Assembly (NCBI RefSeq): GCF_009914755.1
Contig: NC_060942.1
Source: the human T2T-CHM13v2.0 reference genome, Homo sapiens
Strand: one strand, 5' to 3'
DNA: 64,000 bases
Under the pieces are notes generated by a model. It was given only the letters and a program-made list of their open reading frames with translations, was not told the DNA's origin and searched no databases. Position 1 is the stretch's first letter. The number at the start of each line of letters is the position of its first letter. Both the position numbers and the translations under genes were made by a program. Positions 45,961 through 59,000 of this stretch are shown here, one piece after another.

Positions 45961-46450
45961 TGTGCGAGGCAGACTCTGAGACCATCCCCAAGACCCCCAC
46001 CCCAAGATGTGCACACCCTGGGTGGTCTCCTTTCCTGGGTGGGGTCAGATGGGTATCCTCACATTAGGGCAAATTCAGTGACCTAGGTGAAGGGATTTGG
46101 TAGATGTAATTGACATCCCCGATCAATTCATGAGAATGGAGATTGTCCTGGGTGGGCCTGGTCTAATCAGGTGAGTCTTTAGGGGGGACATGCAGCAGTC
46201 TCAGACACCCTCCTGCTGGCCATGAAGAAATGAGCCACACTGTTGGGAGGGGAGTGGGCCACATGGCAAGGAAACAGTGACCCCAGCCCTGCAATAGCAA
46301 GGGACTGAATTCTGCTGACGGTACAGGCAAATGCTGAAGAGGACCCCGGGCCTGGGATGAGAGTGCAGCCCGCCTTGATCCCAGCCTCAGGAGGGCCTGA
46401 CCCGGGCTGACGGCTCAGTATTGTTCTGAGCTTCTGGATTGTTGAAGTCT
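45961..46450 (+). mobile_element. MaLR solo LTR (MLT1E/F-like)
   Basis: ggcagactctgag, gggatttggtagatgtaatt, gagattgtcctgggtgggcctggtctaatcaggtgagtcttt and gccacatggcaaggaa. Confidence 0.75.
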
Positions 46451-47415
46451 GCTGGGCTGTGGTGGAACGTAGTCTCCTGGGCTCTTCAGAGCCACTGGCC
46501 AGAGCGTCTCCCCATTTCCTTGCTGTGTACCATGCAGTTGCCTCCCTGGCCACTCCCCCTGGTATCTGGATGATGTCTGCCACAGACCTTTTCTATGGGG
46601 ACCCCTTTGCCTTTCCAGGTGGGCCATTTGGGAAGGATTTGGACCGACCCCAGTGGGCTCTCCCTGGTGACACGAACCTTTTGCTGTGGCTGACTCTAAG
46701 GTTAAGGTGGTCCCAGCCCCACCCTTTGCAGCAGGAGACAGCCCATCTCTCTGGGTCTCTAGCATTCCTGGGTGAGGATCAGGCCACAGTCCATGAGCCT
46801 CCCTGCCTTGTTAGGAGCTTCTTGGCTGGTGAACCTCTCTCTGCCTTGGCCTGGACACAGGAGGGGGACCATTCACTCTGTCCCTGGAGAGGGGTCCTAG
46901 CGTGATCCTCGGCACAGATGCCTCAGAAGAGCTTCTCTTCACAAAGGCATCTTTAGCTGTCAGCACCTCGGTCTTCCAGGTCGGGACCCCCGACTTCCCT
47001 TGTAACTGAGAGGAGCCTCAGAGCACCAGGGAAGCCCCTTCTGAATCAGGACCGGGCCCTGCTGCATGATAGAGAAGAACCAAAGGGTCTTGGGTTGGTT
47101 TTTATTTTACACTTTACTTTGAAAAAACACACGTGATCAGCACCCTCACTTTGATGTGTTATATTGACTGTATCTTGATGCTTCCTTTGAAACTTAAAAT
47201 TACACATTCTGTTACACCTGTTTAATTTTTTCTAAAGAAAAATGCAGGTTTTTTATGCTTAATAAAATGAAGTTAGTTGAGTAGATCAAATATCTTCACC
47301 TGGGGCTTTGAAAAAAAATTTAAGCAGAGTGGTTAGTCTGTTATCTGGGAACAGAGTTTGAAGGAAGGCCCTAAGTTACCTGGTCACCTTATTACTAAGA
47401 AGGAAAGTTACTGTC

Positions 47416-47500
47416 TGTATCAGGTAGTGCCTCAGTAACGCCGTGTAACAAACCACTTCCAAGCTCAGTGGCTTCAAACAATAACCATTTATTATGAATA
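47416..47500 (-). mobile_element. MLT1 (H/J/K-like) LTR fragment
   Basis: gtgtaacaaaccacttccaagctcagtggcttcaaacaataaccatttatt. Confidence 0.7.
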
Positions 47501-48004
47501 GCTCACTAAACATCACTTTCACCTATCTTTGCTCCAAAACCTGCTCATTCCAGCAAAAGCCGAGACAACCAGATCATATGGAATGAACTGTGCGTATTTC
47601 AGCTCCCTGCAAAGGAGATGTGGCTTCATGCAGGGTCCCCAGAATGGAAGCCTTGCGTTTTTCTCCACATCAGAACTAAGCCTACGATTTTATCCTGAGC
47701 TTCTGAAGCTTTAAGAGTGACTTGATCTTCTTGATCTTAAAAAGAATTAAAATGCCAACTAAGTTGGCGTGTGTCACTCTCCATCTCGCCCCAGTTCTAA
47801 ATTAAGGCTGCCCTAGTTAAAGCTGCTTATATCTTCACTGTGCCTGAGTGTTAGAAGAGCTTAATTACAATCCCTGCAATTGGTTTGGGAGTGTGCGTGC
47901 GCCTTTGCATGGATGTGTGCGTGCTTGCGGGCAGGCACAGACACACGTGTACTCAGGTCTAGGTGCAAGGACTAAATTCATCTGGATACGGTGCTTTGTG
48001 ATGA

Positions 48005-48215
48005 AGTGGGAGTGGCGTGGGAGCTGGCAGACCTGTGTGTTGAGCCCTGACTGTCCCACATCTGATTATTTTGACCTTCAGCAAATGACTTAATGTCCAA
48101 GAGCTTGGGTGTCCCTATTTGTAAAATAGAGACACTGACCTTAAGCTCTCTGTTTTTCTGGGAGAACGAAGAGCATAGACCAGCACCTGGCACACAGTGA
48201 GCATCATCCCCACGC
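48005..48215 (+). mobile_element. MIR
   Basis: tgaccttcagcaaatgacttaat...ctatttgtaaaatagaga...cagcacctggcacacagtgagc. Confidence 0.7.
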
Positions 48216-49524
48216 CCTGAGTCCATTCTGCAAATCTCACATTTAAACACGCTAAAGTCAACCTCTGCCTTTCAGACCACAGAGCTGCTTCCAGATCCTG
48301 GCCATCCTGGACACCTGGAGAACTACCAGTCGGGATCTGCAGGAAAACGTGGGCATTCCCATAAACGTCATTCGTTTTGCAGAAATCTGACCAATGTCAC
48401 TGGAAGTTGATGGGCGTGCTTCAGGGGGCTGAAATCCTGTTTCAAATCTGTGTTGTGTCTGGGAAGGTCTTGGCATCTGCCGGGGTGACCCACAAAAGGC
48501 CCAGCCTCACTGGGCTTGAGGAGGCCCTGGAAGCAGAACATGAGCAGGAGAGCAGAGCTGGGTGGGAACCAGAACTCCCGCTTGCCTGCGCCTGGGTCCC
48601 AGGGAGAGTGGCACCTGTAAGTGGAAAACTAAAGCCCTTACTTAGCAGACTATGAGACGTGCTGTGCCCACTCTAGGGGGCGGAATGACCAGGAGGAACG
48701 GTTCTTCTCCCACCTGTACTCTGGGCCATGTACCCCAGCGGGGCCTCACCACCCCCTTTATCACTCTTCTCCAAAGGATATCTTGCGCCCTCCTGTGTGT
48801 CTATGTGAGGTTTCTCTCTGCATGCAGATTTAGAGCAGCTTTTTCTATTTCAGAATACTTTTTAGGTATTAATCATGCTTGAAATCTCATGGACTCAGTC
48901 GCGATTTGGGAATTTTATTATATTTTATTTTGGGGGGAAGGGAGCTAATTTCCTGTGGGAATTTTATGGCACTGTTATAAGCAAACACTCCCATAGGATG
49001 GATATGGGATATATCCTCTGTGCGTTTTCATTTCCCATCGCAAGTTAGGTGGACAGCATCTCCCAAGCCTTCAGGATTTCCGCAGGAGCCTACTAGGCCC
49101 TCCTCTTGTCAATGAGCCTGGAGTGACTCCTTGCACTGCATGTGGTGGGAAAAATATCCCCGGATAAGCTGGGGCATGTCATAAAGTGTGTGGAAGGGAT
49201 TTTTATAATATTGGAAAACATATAATGCACTCTGAACAGCTTTAAATGTGTGAGAAGAGAAAAAGAGATGTGTCTGTAAGAGGGGAAATGAAGTTAGCTC
49301 CAAAAACAAAGCCAGAAGTATAAAAAAGCAATTAAAAAGTCTCTCACATTTTTGCATTTTCTGTATCATGAGATCACTTGTGATTGAGCCATACTTTTTA
49401 AATAATGGGCAACATTTTCTCCATTGTCTTGCTTGAGCATTAACTACCATTTCTGTGTTACTCTTGTGAGGTTATTTTTGGTGTGATTTGATCCTAGTCA
49501 GAGCAAAAATAAAATGTCAGTTCT

Positions 49525-49712
49525 ACAATGATGTACTCTATAATGTAGAAAGCACTTGCCATGTGTCATCGTTTCATCTTTATCGCATCCTCGAAGGTGT
49601 TTTTCCATTTATATGTGGGTGAGCTGGGCCTCAAAGAGGACAGGAGATTTGCTTAGGGATGTAAGGCTGAGAAACAGCAGACACGGTGTGAACTAAGGCT
49701 TCTGAGTGCTGG
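49525..49712 (-). mobile_element. MIR
   Basis: ttccatttatatgtgggtgagctgggcctcaaagagg core. Confidence 0.5.
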
Positions 49713-49719
49713 TCCAAAG

Positions 49720-49787
49720 TCCTCCCCTCCTCTCCTCCTCTCTTCCCCTTCTCTTCCTCCCTTCCTCCTTCCCTCACTTCCTTCCCT
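49720..49787. repeat. C/T-rich low-complexity tract
   Basis: About 68 bp, nearly pure pyrimidine on the + strand. Confidence 0.85.
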
Positions 49788-51177
49788 GAGTGGTGTCCTG
49801 GCCCCTTTTCTGGTTACTGTCTGTCTCATGAATATAGATGATCTGGATGGGTGTATAGAATGCATGGGACTGTTATGTTTGTGCTGCAGGATGAAAAGCA
49901 CCCCTGTCATTTGCAGCTGCCCTTGGCAGAGAACGTTGGGCAGTGATGCTGACTGGGCTGGAACCTCATGTCCTGGTGCAGGTTCCCTGTAAGACACCAT
50001 TAAGTTTCGTGCTTTTACTCAGCTCATTGGAGAAGGCTGTGAGGCAGAGAAGCCAAATAAGTGAATTTAATGGTGCTCAGAAAATACCAGTTCTACAGAC
50101 ACTTCATGACAACCGTCACAGATCAGCCTTAGAGAGTCGTGCATGGGAAGATGTCTTAATATTGCTGACAGGGTTGTCGCTTGGCATATGCCCTTGTCCT
50201 TGAATGAGGCATGAACTGTGCCTTGTATAGGAGGCGGGCCTCCAGGCTGACACTTGGGTTTGCTGGCCTTCTGGAGACCGGGCCCTTATGGTGCTGGCCT
50301 GGGCCGAGGGAGCCTGTTGCACACACAGCTTTTCCAGAAGACCTTGTTCTTCCCACCTCTTCTCAATCCTCGCCAAAGACCTAGCTCCAGGCTGACCCAA
50401 TGTGAGCCTCTCCCCAGCCTGCAGTCCCTCACCCGCGGGCTTTCTGGCTTCTCACCTTGTTCTGCTCACCGGCCCCTCTAGGAAATTTGTTAGGACTCGG
50501 CCACATGCATGGCTACTTGGAAGAGGCAGAAGAGAGAGCTCCGCTGGAGGGAGAAACGAGGCAGAGTGTGAGAGCAAAGGAGGGGAAGTAGAATGGCCCA
50601 AGCAGTCCTACATGGTCTAAATTGGTGGGTGAAAGGAATGAGAAGGACCTGGGGACCTGCCTGAGTCCCAGGAGGCCACCATGGCCTTCACAGAGGCAGC
50701 CCATCAGGTCTGGGGCTGGAGACCCCGGGCTGCCACTCCTGCAGCACCCCCTGCTTCCCTCGCCATGGACACCCATTCTCAAAGCTTGCCTCCTGCTTTA
50801 GCCTGGCTTGACGTCCTGGGCCAGCTGCCTCCATTTCTCTGTCGGCTCCTGCCCTCCATGTAGGAGGCTGGGACACTCCCTCCTGGCTTCCTAGTGACTG
50901 TCGTCTGCCTTTCTACCCAAAGTTGTGGCTTCTGCACCTGGCCTCACACTTCACTGCCTGATATGCTGCCCTGGACAACCTACCTGGGCTTTCCTACAGC
51001 AGCCTGGTAGCAGATCCCTGAGAGTGGGGGCTCTTCCCCACCTGAGTCTAAAAGTATATGGGGGAAAACACAGTGACTCCTAGCCCACATCTGCCAGTAG
51101 TCTTCCTCTGCCAGCACTGAGCTGGAGACGCCTTACCTGCGTTACCCTGTTAGTCCTCACAGCAGAATTGAGCACCA

Positions 51178-51478
51178 TTATTACTATTATTATTTTGAGA
51201 TGGAGTCTTGCTCTGTCGCCCAGGCTGTAGTGCAGTGGTGCCATCTTGGCTCACTGCAACCTCCGCTTCACAGGTTCAAGCAATTCTTCTGCCTCAGCCT
51301 CCTGAGTAGCTGGGATTACAGATGTGCACCACCACGCCTGGCTAATTTTCGTATCTGTAATAGAGATGGGGTTTTGCCATGTTAGCCGGGCTGGTCTCAA
51401 ACTCCTGACCTCGGGTGATCCACCCACCTTCACCTTCCAAAGTGCTGAGATTACAGGCATGAGCCACCACGCCCAGCC
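51178..51478 (-). mobile_element. AluS
   Basis: Full antisense Alu. Degenerate TSD aga(a/g)ttgagc(a/g)c..ttatta. Confidence 0.94.
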
Positions 51479-51664
51479 CAGAGTTGAGCGCTGTTATTAT
51501 CATCTGTTTTCAACCTCTCAACAAGGTTAGTATAATTTACGTAAGGTTGCAAATTTATGCCACTTTCAAAAAGAATAGTTTGCTCTTCTACAACTAGCTT
51601 GTTGCAGAGTTAGATTCTGCAGTAACACCCGTGGTTCCCATTGCACACCCCACTGGCTCCTGCA

Positions 51665-51830
51665 TAGCAGCGTTCCCCCAACTGTAGGATACATGACTCC
51701 CAGGGGGTTCCAGGAAGATGCAGATTCTGATTCTGATGTTGGGAGTGAGGCCTGGGCATCTGCCTCTCTCACAAGCTCCCAGTGATGCCCCTGCTGTTGG
51801 TCTGTGGCCCACGCTTTGGGTAGCGAGAGC
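51665..51830. mobile_element. MER5A
   Basis: atgcagattctgattc...ggcctgggcatctgc...acaagctcccagtgatgcc...cccacgctttgggtagc. Confidence 0.75.
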
Positions 51831-53897
51831 TTAGATCCTCGGCCGTGTTTCTAGCTTCCCAATGCTTTGGATCACAGGAGGCCAGAGACACTGGCCCAAC
51901 TGATGTCAGAATGATGGGAAGTCGAAATAGCAGCATCTACTTGAAACCCTTGCTTAGAAAGTACAGAGATTAAAGATGTGTAGGGAGAACCTGGTTAAGG
52001 AGCTCACTGTCTGATTCTGGCTCTGAGCAAACCAGAGCTTGCCCCCAGCCACCCCCTCATTTGGCAGTCCTGGGCCCCCAGTTGCCCGGCACTGGCCAAA
52101 GGCCCATGTACCATAGTGGTGACCTTTCAGAACTAGCTACTTGGGAGATTCAGGTTCTCTCTTTGATGTATTCCTCCCACATTCCAAAGGGAAAGGTATT
52201 CTCCGAAGATGGCCTTTGATGATACAAATGGTGGTGATGACTGTAAGCTACCTGGAACACTGATGCCTGTTAAAAGGAGGTCATCCACAAGTAGAAAATG
52301 AAAAAATGCATATGGAGACCTTGGCAACCTCAAAGGCAGGCTGTCGCGGTGCAAGACTTTTAGAAAGCCCTGTAGGAAGCTGGAATGCCACAGAGCTCAC
52401 AGAACTAGACCCAAGTAAATAATACATGCCTTTAGGATGGGATCTATCAAGTGACTTTGTGAAGTGTGGTTTTCATAGTCATGTGGACATGGCAAGAAAC
52501 AAAGGTTGAGCTGCTAACCCCTCCAGTGTGAAAAACACTGAAAAGAAAATATAACTTTTGGATCAATAGCGATCCTATCCTTTCTCTGAATGTTGGCAGG
52601 ACATTTAAATAATGTGTGCACAGAAGACAGCGTTCTGATGTGCTTAAACTTGTGTTTCATCCACATAGGCTGTCCACAGAGTGTGTCCTCTTGTTACGCT
52701 GTTACTGCTTTAGAGACTTCCATGGCACCATCCCACCGAGGTGGAAGAGGTTCCGTTTTGAAGCACTGTCATCCTCAGATAATGTTTGCTTTCATGAAAA
52801 ATGATGTGTTTATCTCTGTAGTCGGAAGCTTTCTCTTTTGAAATATCTCAGATAATTTGAGGTGACTAGGTGGTATTTCAGGGTGAGTTTCATCCTCAAA
52901 TATGTGTCCTTAGAGGCCAAGTTAAAGGAAAAAAAACACTGCCCGATCATAAAATTCACATTTGAGTCAAAAGAATTAAATTTGCCCCCTACCTGTGCTT
53001 CCAGCCATGTGTCTCCAGACTCCTTGATGGATGATTTGTGGAGTCACCGACCTGCTGCTGTAAAAACCATAAACCTCAATAAAGTGATGTGGAAATGTAG
53101 TGTACAGCTGCAGACTTTTAAAAGTAAGAAGAGGAAGGAACACATGTTCGTCTTCCTCCCCCAGAAGAAAAACAACATTGGATTCTAAAAGATGGCCTCC
53201 TCCTTTTTGCTCCCACTGAATGCCACAGCTGTTAATGGACAGTCTTAGAGGAGATGATGGGGTCATCAGTCTGTTTCTGGAGCATTCCGAGGCTTTAGAT
53301 AGGGAGCAGCATGATTCTAGCAGTGCTGCGTGTTCTTGGGCAGCGTGTCCTTCTAGTAGGAGTCCAAAAACATCCTGGCCAAAATGAAATGATTTCCAGC
53401 AATATCTGCAGTGAAAGCAAATTGACCCAAGGATAATCTGTCTCCCAGCAGAGAGAGGCGGCAGGGTGGGGTCTGCTGGCTCAGCGAGGCACCCTGGACT
53501 CTCTGCCCACTGAGTGAGTGCTCTCGTGCCCTGGCACGATAAAACATGGGTTCTTTGTTACAGCTTGGTGACGTGTGTGACATGCAGGGACCCTGCCAGG
53601 GCCCAGGGTGGACCCCCAGAGTGAGAGCTGTGGCTCCTGCTGCCTGGAAGCCTGCCCTCGAGCCAGGAGGAAGGGGATGGGGGCATGAGAACCATAGCAT
53701 TTGGTGAGCAGCCCCCGCAGATGTCCCAGGGTCATGGTGGTGTGGGCTGGGGGTGGGGTGGGGGGTGGTCCTGGGCAGCGAAACTTCATTTGGAAGGACT
53801 ATATTCTAAACACTTCCAAACCAAAAGTCTGGATTTAGAGTAAAGTTAAGCTGCCTCTTAACACAGTGGTTCTCCTTCGTTTCATCTGCTGACCACA

Positions 53898-53916
53898 CTG
53901 TGCCACCTGCAGGCTG
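53898..53916 (-). promoter_or_regulatory. Candidate CTCF site
   Basis: Reverse complement cagcctgcaggtggcacag fits the CC(A/G/T)(C/G)(C/T)AG(G/A)(G/T)GGC(A/G) core. Confidence 0.35.
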
Positions 53917-54182
53917 GTCCGCTTGCTGGCTGTTCCTGCACTCTACAAAACTAGAAGTTGCTATTCCTTAACCCTGGGGCCTGCCTTGGGCTCAGGACCA
54001 GCCCAGTCCTGGAGGCAGCCAAGGGTCCACAAAGGTCACATGGGCACTGGGTGGCACCAGTTCCAACTCAAGATTAAGTCACATGCTTGATGTTCCTTTA
54101 ATACAAAGTCTGTTAAGTACGGAGACAGATGTGTGACTGTCCTACTTGTGGAATCAGTCTTACGGCTTAATAATCACACTTT

Positions 54183-54479
54183 GGCCGTGCGCACTGTGTG
54201 ATTATAGAATCACATCTATAATCTCAGCACTTTGGGAGGCAAATGCAGGAGGACTGCTTGACCCCAGGAGTTTGAGACCAGCCTGGGCAACATAGTGAGA
54301 CCCCATATCTAAAAAAAAAAAAAAAATAGGTAGCCTCCCAGCTACTCAGGAGGCCAAGGCAAGAGGATCACTTTAGGCCAGGAGTTCAAGGCTCCAGTGA
54401 GATATGACCGCACCACTGCACGCTAGCTTAGGTGACAGAGCAAGACTCCATCTTTTTTTTTTTTTTTTTTTTTTAAAGA
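54183..54479 (+). mobile_element. AluJ with a rearranged head and a T22 tract in place of the A-tail
   Basis: Alu body on +. T-run at 54453-54474. TSD aatcacactttg. Confidence 0.9.
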
Positions 54480-54699
54480 AATCACACTTTGTGATAACAA
54501 TGTCATGGGGAGAGGTTGTCTGGCTCTGGTCTGAGGTAGGAGGAAGGCACAATTCCTGGTGCTCAGAGATCTGCTCTTTGGGCTGGAACCCTGATGGGCC
54601 TCCTTTAGTAGGAAATGGAGATGGAGAGAAAGCGCTGCATCTTTCTCCTTAGAGAACTCTGGGGTTGTGCTGGCCTCAGAGACAGTGGAGGGGGTGAGG

Positions 54700-55101
54700 G
54701 TCCTCTGAGGGCGGGAGCGGCCATATGCAGGAGGCTGCGCTGAGGATGCAGGGTGGCTGGTGGCCCTGCTGGGGGGCGGCCTGGCCCTCTGGAGACAGAG
54801 CTTCCCATGCCAGTGGCTGTTTGTGCTGTGTGGAGTGTGATTTTCACACTGACCCCCCACCACCCCCAATGTAGGCAGAGTGTGGTCCCCTGCCTGGTGG
54901 TCATGTTACTTTGGAGGATAAAGAGTAGGAACCCTGGTCCATGCAGGGTGATGGGCAGTGAGAGATGGGAGCAGGGCTGGGGACAGCCGATGCAGCCTCA
55001 GAGCTGCAGAGGCAGCTGCCGGGCTGTTAAAGTCACCCGGAGGGATGCACCCCGCCGTGCATGCGGTGGACGGCTCCTGCAATTGCCTTCAGAGGGTAAG
55101 A
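54700..55101 (+). promoter_or_regulatory. Candidate internal promoter and first exon
   Basis: GC-box-like gggcgg at about 54709 and 54774, local CpG excess, ATG at 55045, donor AGG|GTAAGA with GT at 55096. Confidence 0.4.
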
Positions 55102-55929
55102 GCGATTGGGAGGGGCAGCGAAGCAGCCGACTTCTGGAGTATGTATTATTCCTCCCTCTGAGAAATACGTGACTATACATTCAAGATTGCGGCTGAAACT
55201 TCGGTGGTAGTATTCGGCCTGGATGACCTGTGGCATTAAACTGATGCTTATAAAGTAGATGTGCTAGTTACTAGGATTTGGTGATCTGAGTTTATTTCCA
55301 AACAGGTCAGGCCCAGATACAAGCGACCGCGTAGTTGGGAGAAGAGCAATGCTGGAACAGTGGGTCCCTGTCTTCCACATTTCCTAAAGTGGGAGGGAGG
55401 CGGAGGAGTGGGATAGCTTTTGATTGAGGGCATTGACATTTGTCTAAGGAATTAAACAACTGGGCAGCTAGATGACCTCAGTAACCAGTCTCGTCTCAGC
55501 CCCAGCCTTTTGATGCTCATCATCTTGTCTGGTTTTATAAACAGGGAGATGAATCCACCTTCATCGGACTTGGCAGGACAGAGGCATGTTCATCTGTGTA
55601 ATCAGGTTTAATAGCAGTGGCGCTTGTGAAATAGTTTGCAGTCCTGGTGCCCAGGGTGGAAGCCTTCTTTGCTCCTTTGTGTTCCTGGGGTGTGATGGCA
55701 TGCCTGGCCCTGCGCCTTCCGTCCTCCAGGCTCCCAAGCTGAGGGTCAGGGGCCCTGTCCTGGGCAGGGGCCGTGGAAGGAGCCCTTGGTCAGGAGCTTG
55801 GAGTAGCAATGTCGGGTTTTCTGAATGAGAAGCAAAACAACACTCGGGAAATGAGCCTCGTTTGGCTGGAAATAGTGTGCCAGTGTTTTCTTGCTTCGGG
55901 TTAGATACCAGTTAATTTACCCATTGTTT

Positions 55930-56045
55930 TTCATTAACTAATACATCAAATTTCTGAGCACCTACTGTGTGTCAGGGCTAAGGGATAAGCCAGCGACCAA
56001 TAGACAAGGTCCCTGCCCCTCACAGCAACCATCTAGTGATGGGCT
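55930..56045 (-). mobile_element. L2 3' fragment
   Basis: ctgagcacctactgtgtgtcagg...agacaaggtccctgcccctcacagc. Confidence 0.75.
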
Positions 56046-59000
56046 CAAGTCACAGGGCTTCTGTCTGAATAAACTTGTGTATCTCCACAAAGAGATGTTT
56101 TTGTTGCTGCAATGGATTTTTCATCTTGAAACCCCAGTCACTTTGATGTATTTCTGGTCCCCAACTACTGTCAAACATTTACTTTTTAACTCCTCATGAC
56201 CACTTTGAAGAACCAGAAAGGGAAGATAAAGAAAATAACATTGCAATGAGCAGATCTTTGGACTAGAGCATTTTAAGGAGAAAGGGCTTAATTTTGAAGA
56301 AAGTCAAAATAGAATTAAGCATTTACACTTAGCTTATGATCCCAATTTTTTTCATATTCTTTGCATTGACCGTAACATTTTTCAGTGTGCCTGGCAAGAA
56401 TTTGGTTTAAATATGTGGATTTGATTTAAATATAAATTGTACTTACAAACGGTACTCCAGTTGCCCATTACCATGGATATTTTGGAAGTGATTATGTACT
56501 GAATCTTACCATGAAGCAGTAGTCCATGTATCTGAATTACATTTAGGCCTTTTAAAACATATCACATTATGTATATAGTTAGAAGGAGGGATGAGATGGG
56601 TATTTTTGAATTGAGTTTAATGGCTTACTTCAATAGGTGAATAAGGTTCTGCTCTGGGAATTAAAGGGACTTTTAAGTTTCTCTCTTGACTCTGATGTGC
56701 CTTTCACTGAACAGTAAAGGACCGGGGAGACTTGCCCAGCTCTCCTACTTGACAAAAGGTGAAATAGAATGATGCCATGAAATGCATCAATGTAAAATGC
56801 AGTTTTAAGATTGCATTTTAACTTGAGAGGGTCGTGAAGCTCTTGCCTTCCCATTAAGCCCCCAGGAATAATCTCCAGGTGTGTCTTCTGGCACTCCACG
56901 CTGCCTGCCTTCTGATGCTTCCTATGAATTGTTGGAACCAGCCATATCCTTCTCACTTCTGCCACAAAAACTCCTGGTGGTTTTGTACTTTGCCACCTTG
57001 TTTAGGTTTCATAGACGATTGGTTCAAGGCAGTGCCTATCTGCACTTCCCTGTAACTCTCACTTTTTTTCTTTAATGTGGCCTGCATATGAATATATCAA
57101 CACTTTTTAAATTAAAGGCTAATGAGCTCACTGCACAGCCTGAGTACGTTTGGTATTTGGCCTTCTTGGAGATGCTCTGCATGTGTCAAATGTTATTTTC
57201 AGAAAACTGGCTAAACTTTTAATGGGACCTGTTGTTAAATCACCCTGTGTTTTCCCCATAAACACGAATGTTAATTTACATTTTTAACCTAACTGAATGA
57301 GTTGTTTTTCTTAAATTCCTTTGCAGTTTGAAGGAACATACCTTGCAACAGGAAAGCTTTAAGAAAGAGGACGAAAAGGCTTTATAATCTTTCTTGAAGA
57401 GACCCTGTTGCTAAAAAGAAAAAAAAAAAGAAAGTCAAAATAAACACATAGAAGAGAGAGAGGCTGCATTTGTCTGGTGTGCCCTGTACTTTCTTATACT
57501 CATGTTTGATATTTGCTATCTATTGTGGGACATCTTTTTGTATGCTTTGCTGAGGTAGAATTCACATACTGTGAAAGTTACTCACTTTTGGTGAAGAGTT
57601 TGATGAATTTTGGTAACGACATACAGTTGCATAATCTACACCACAGTCACAGAACAGTCTTATCTCCCTGAAAAGTTGGCTCATGTTCCTTGATACCCAG
57701 TCCCCAGTCCCGACCCCAGGCTCCAGGCCACCTCGGACCTGCTGTCACTCTACTTTTTTCTCTTCTGGAATATAGTACAGTAGAAACATGCATTATGTCA
57801 TCCTTGCAGTTTTGCTTCTTTCATTTAGGGTTATGTTTTTGAGACTCATCCATATAATGGTGTGTCTCCATGGTTCATTCTGTTGTACTGCTGAGTAGTG
57901 TTCTATGGTGTGGATGTACCCTACTCTGTTCATCCACTCATCCATTGACGGAACTGTTCATTGTTTCCAGTTTGGGGCTATTAGAAATAATATTTCTGTG
58001 AATATTCACATAGAAGTCTTTGTGTGGGCATATATTTTCATTTTTCTTTGTTAAATACCTGAGAGTTGACTGGCCGTGTTATATGTGTTTAATTTAATGG
58101 GTAACGCTATACTGGTTTTCAAAGTGGCTTTAACATTTTGTATTCCAGCCAGCAATGAATGGGGGTTCTGATTGAGCCACATTCTCATCAACACTTGATA
58201 TTATCAGTCCTTTTACCTTTAGTCATTCTGGTGGTTGTGTAGTGCATCTTACTGTTGTTTGAATATGCATTTCCCTCATGACTAGTGATGTTGAGCATCT
58301 CTTTATGTCCCTCTTGCTTATCTGTGTCTTTACTTTTGTGATATGTTGTTTTAAATCTTTTGCACATTTTTTATTGGGTTGTCTATTGATTTGTAAGAAA
58401 ACTATATATGTTTTGAATACAAACTTTTTGTTAGATATATATTTTCCGCAAATATTTTCTCCTAGTCTGTGGTTTGTTTTTTGTTTTTCTTAGCTGTTTT
58501 CAAAGATGAAGAGCTTTTTATTTGTATGAGGTCCATTTCATAATTTTTCTTATATAAATTGTGGATTTCATGTCCTGTTTAAGAAATCTTTGCCCAACCT
58601 AATGTCACAAAGATTTTCTCCCATGTTTTCTTCTATAAGTTTAACAGTTTCAGCTTTTATGTTTAGTTCTATGATCCTATCAAGTTAATTTGTGGATATG
58701 GTATGAGTTAAGAGTCAAGTTCACTTTTTGAAATAAAGATACAATTGTTTCAGCTCCATTTGGTGAAAAGGCCATCTTTTCCCCCATTGAATTACCCTAG
58801 TACCTTCATTAAACAATAAAGGACCGTATAACATTGAGTGTCTTTTTGGAGTCTCTATTCTGTTCCATTGATCTGTAGGTCTATCTGTATACCAATATCA
58901 TTGTCTCTTGATTACTGTAGATTAATAGGAACTCTTGAATCAGGTTAAGTTCTCCAACCTTATCCCTTTTCAAGACTATTTTGGCTTTAGGTCTTTTCCT

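Noticed and set aside
48265-48354. Possible 73-nt exon (acceptor cctctgcctttcag)
   Set aside because: The donor AAC|GTGGGC is weak and the translations match nothing I know.
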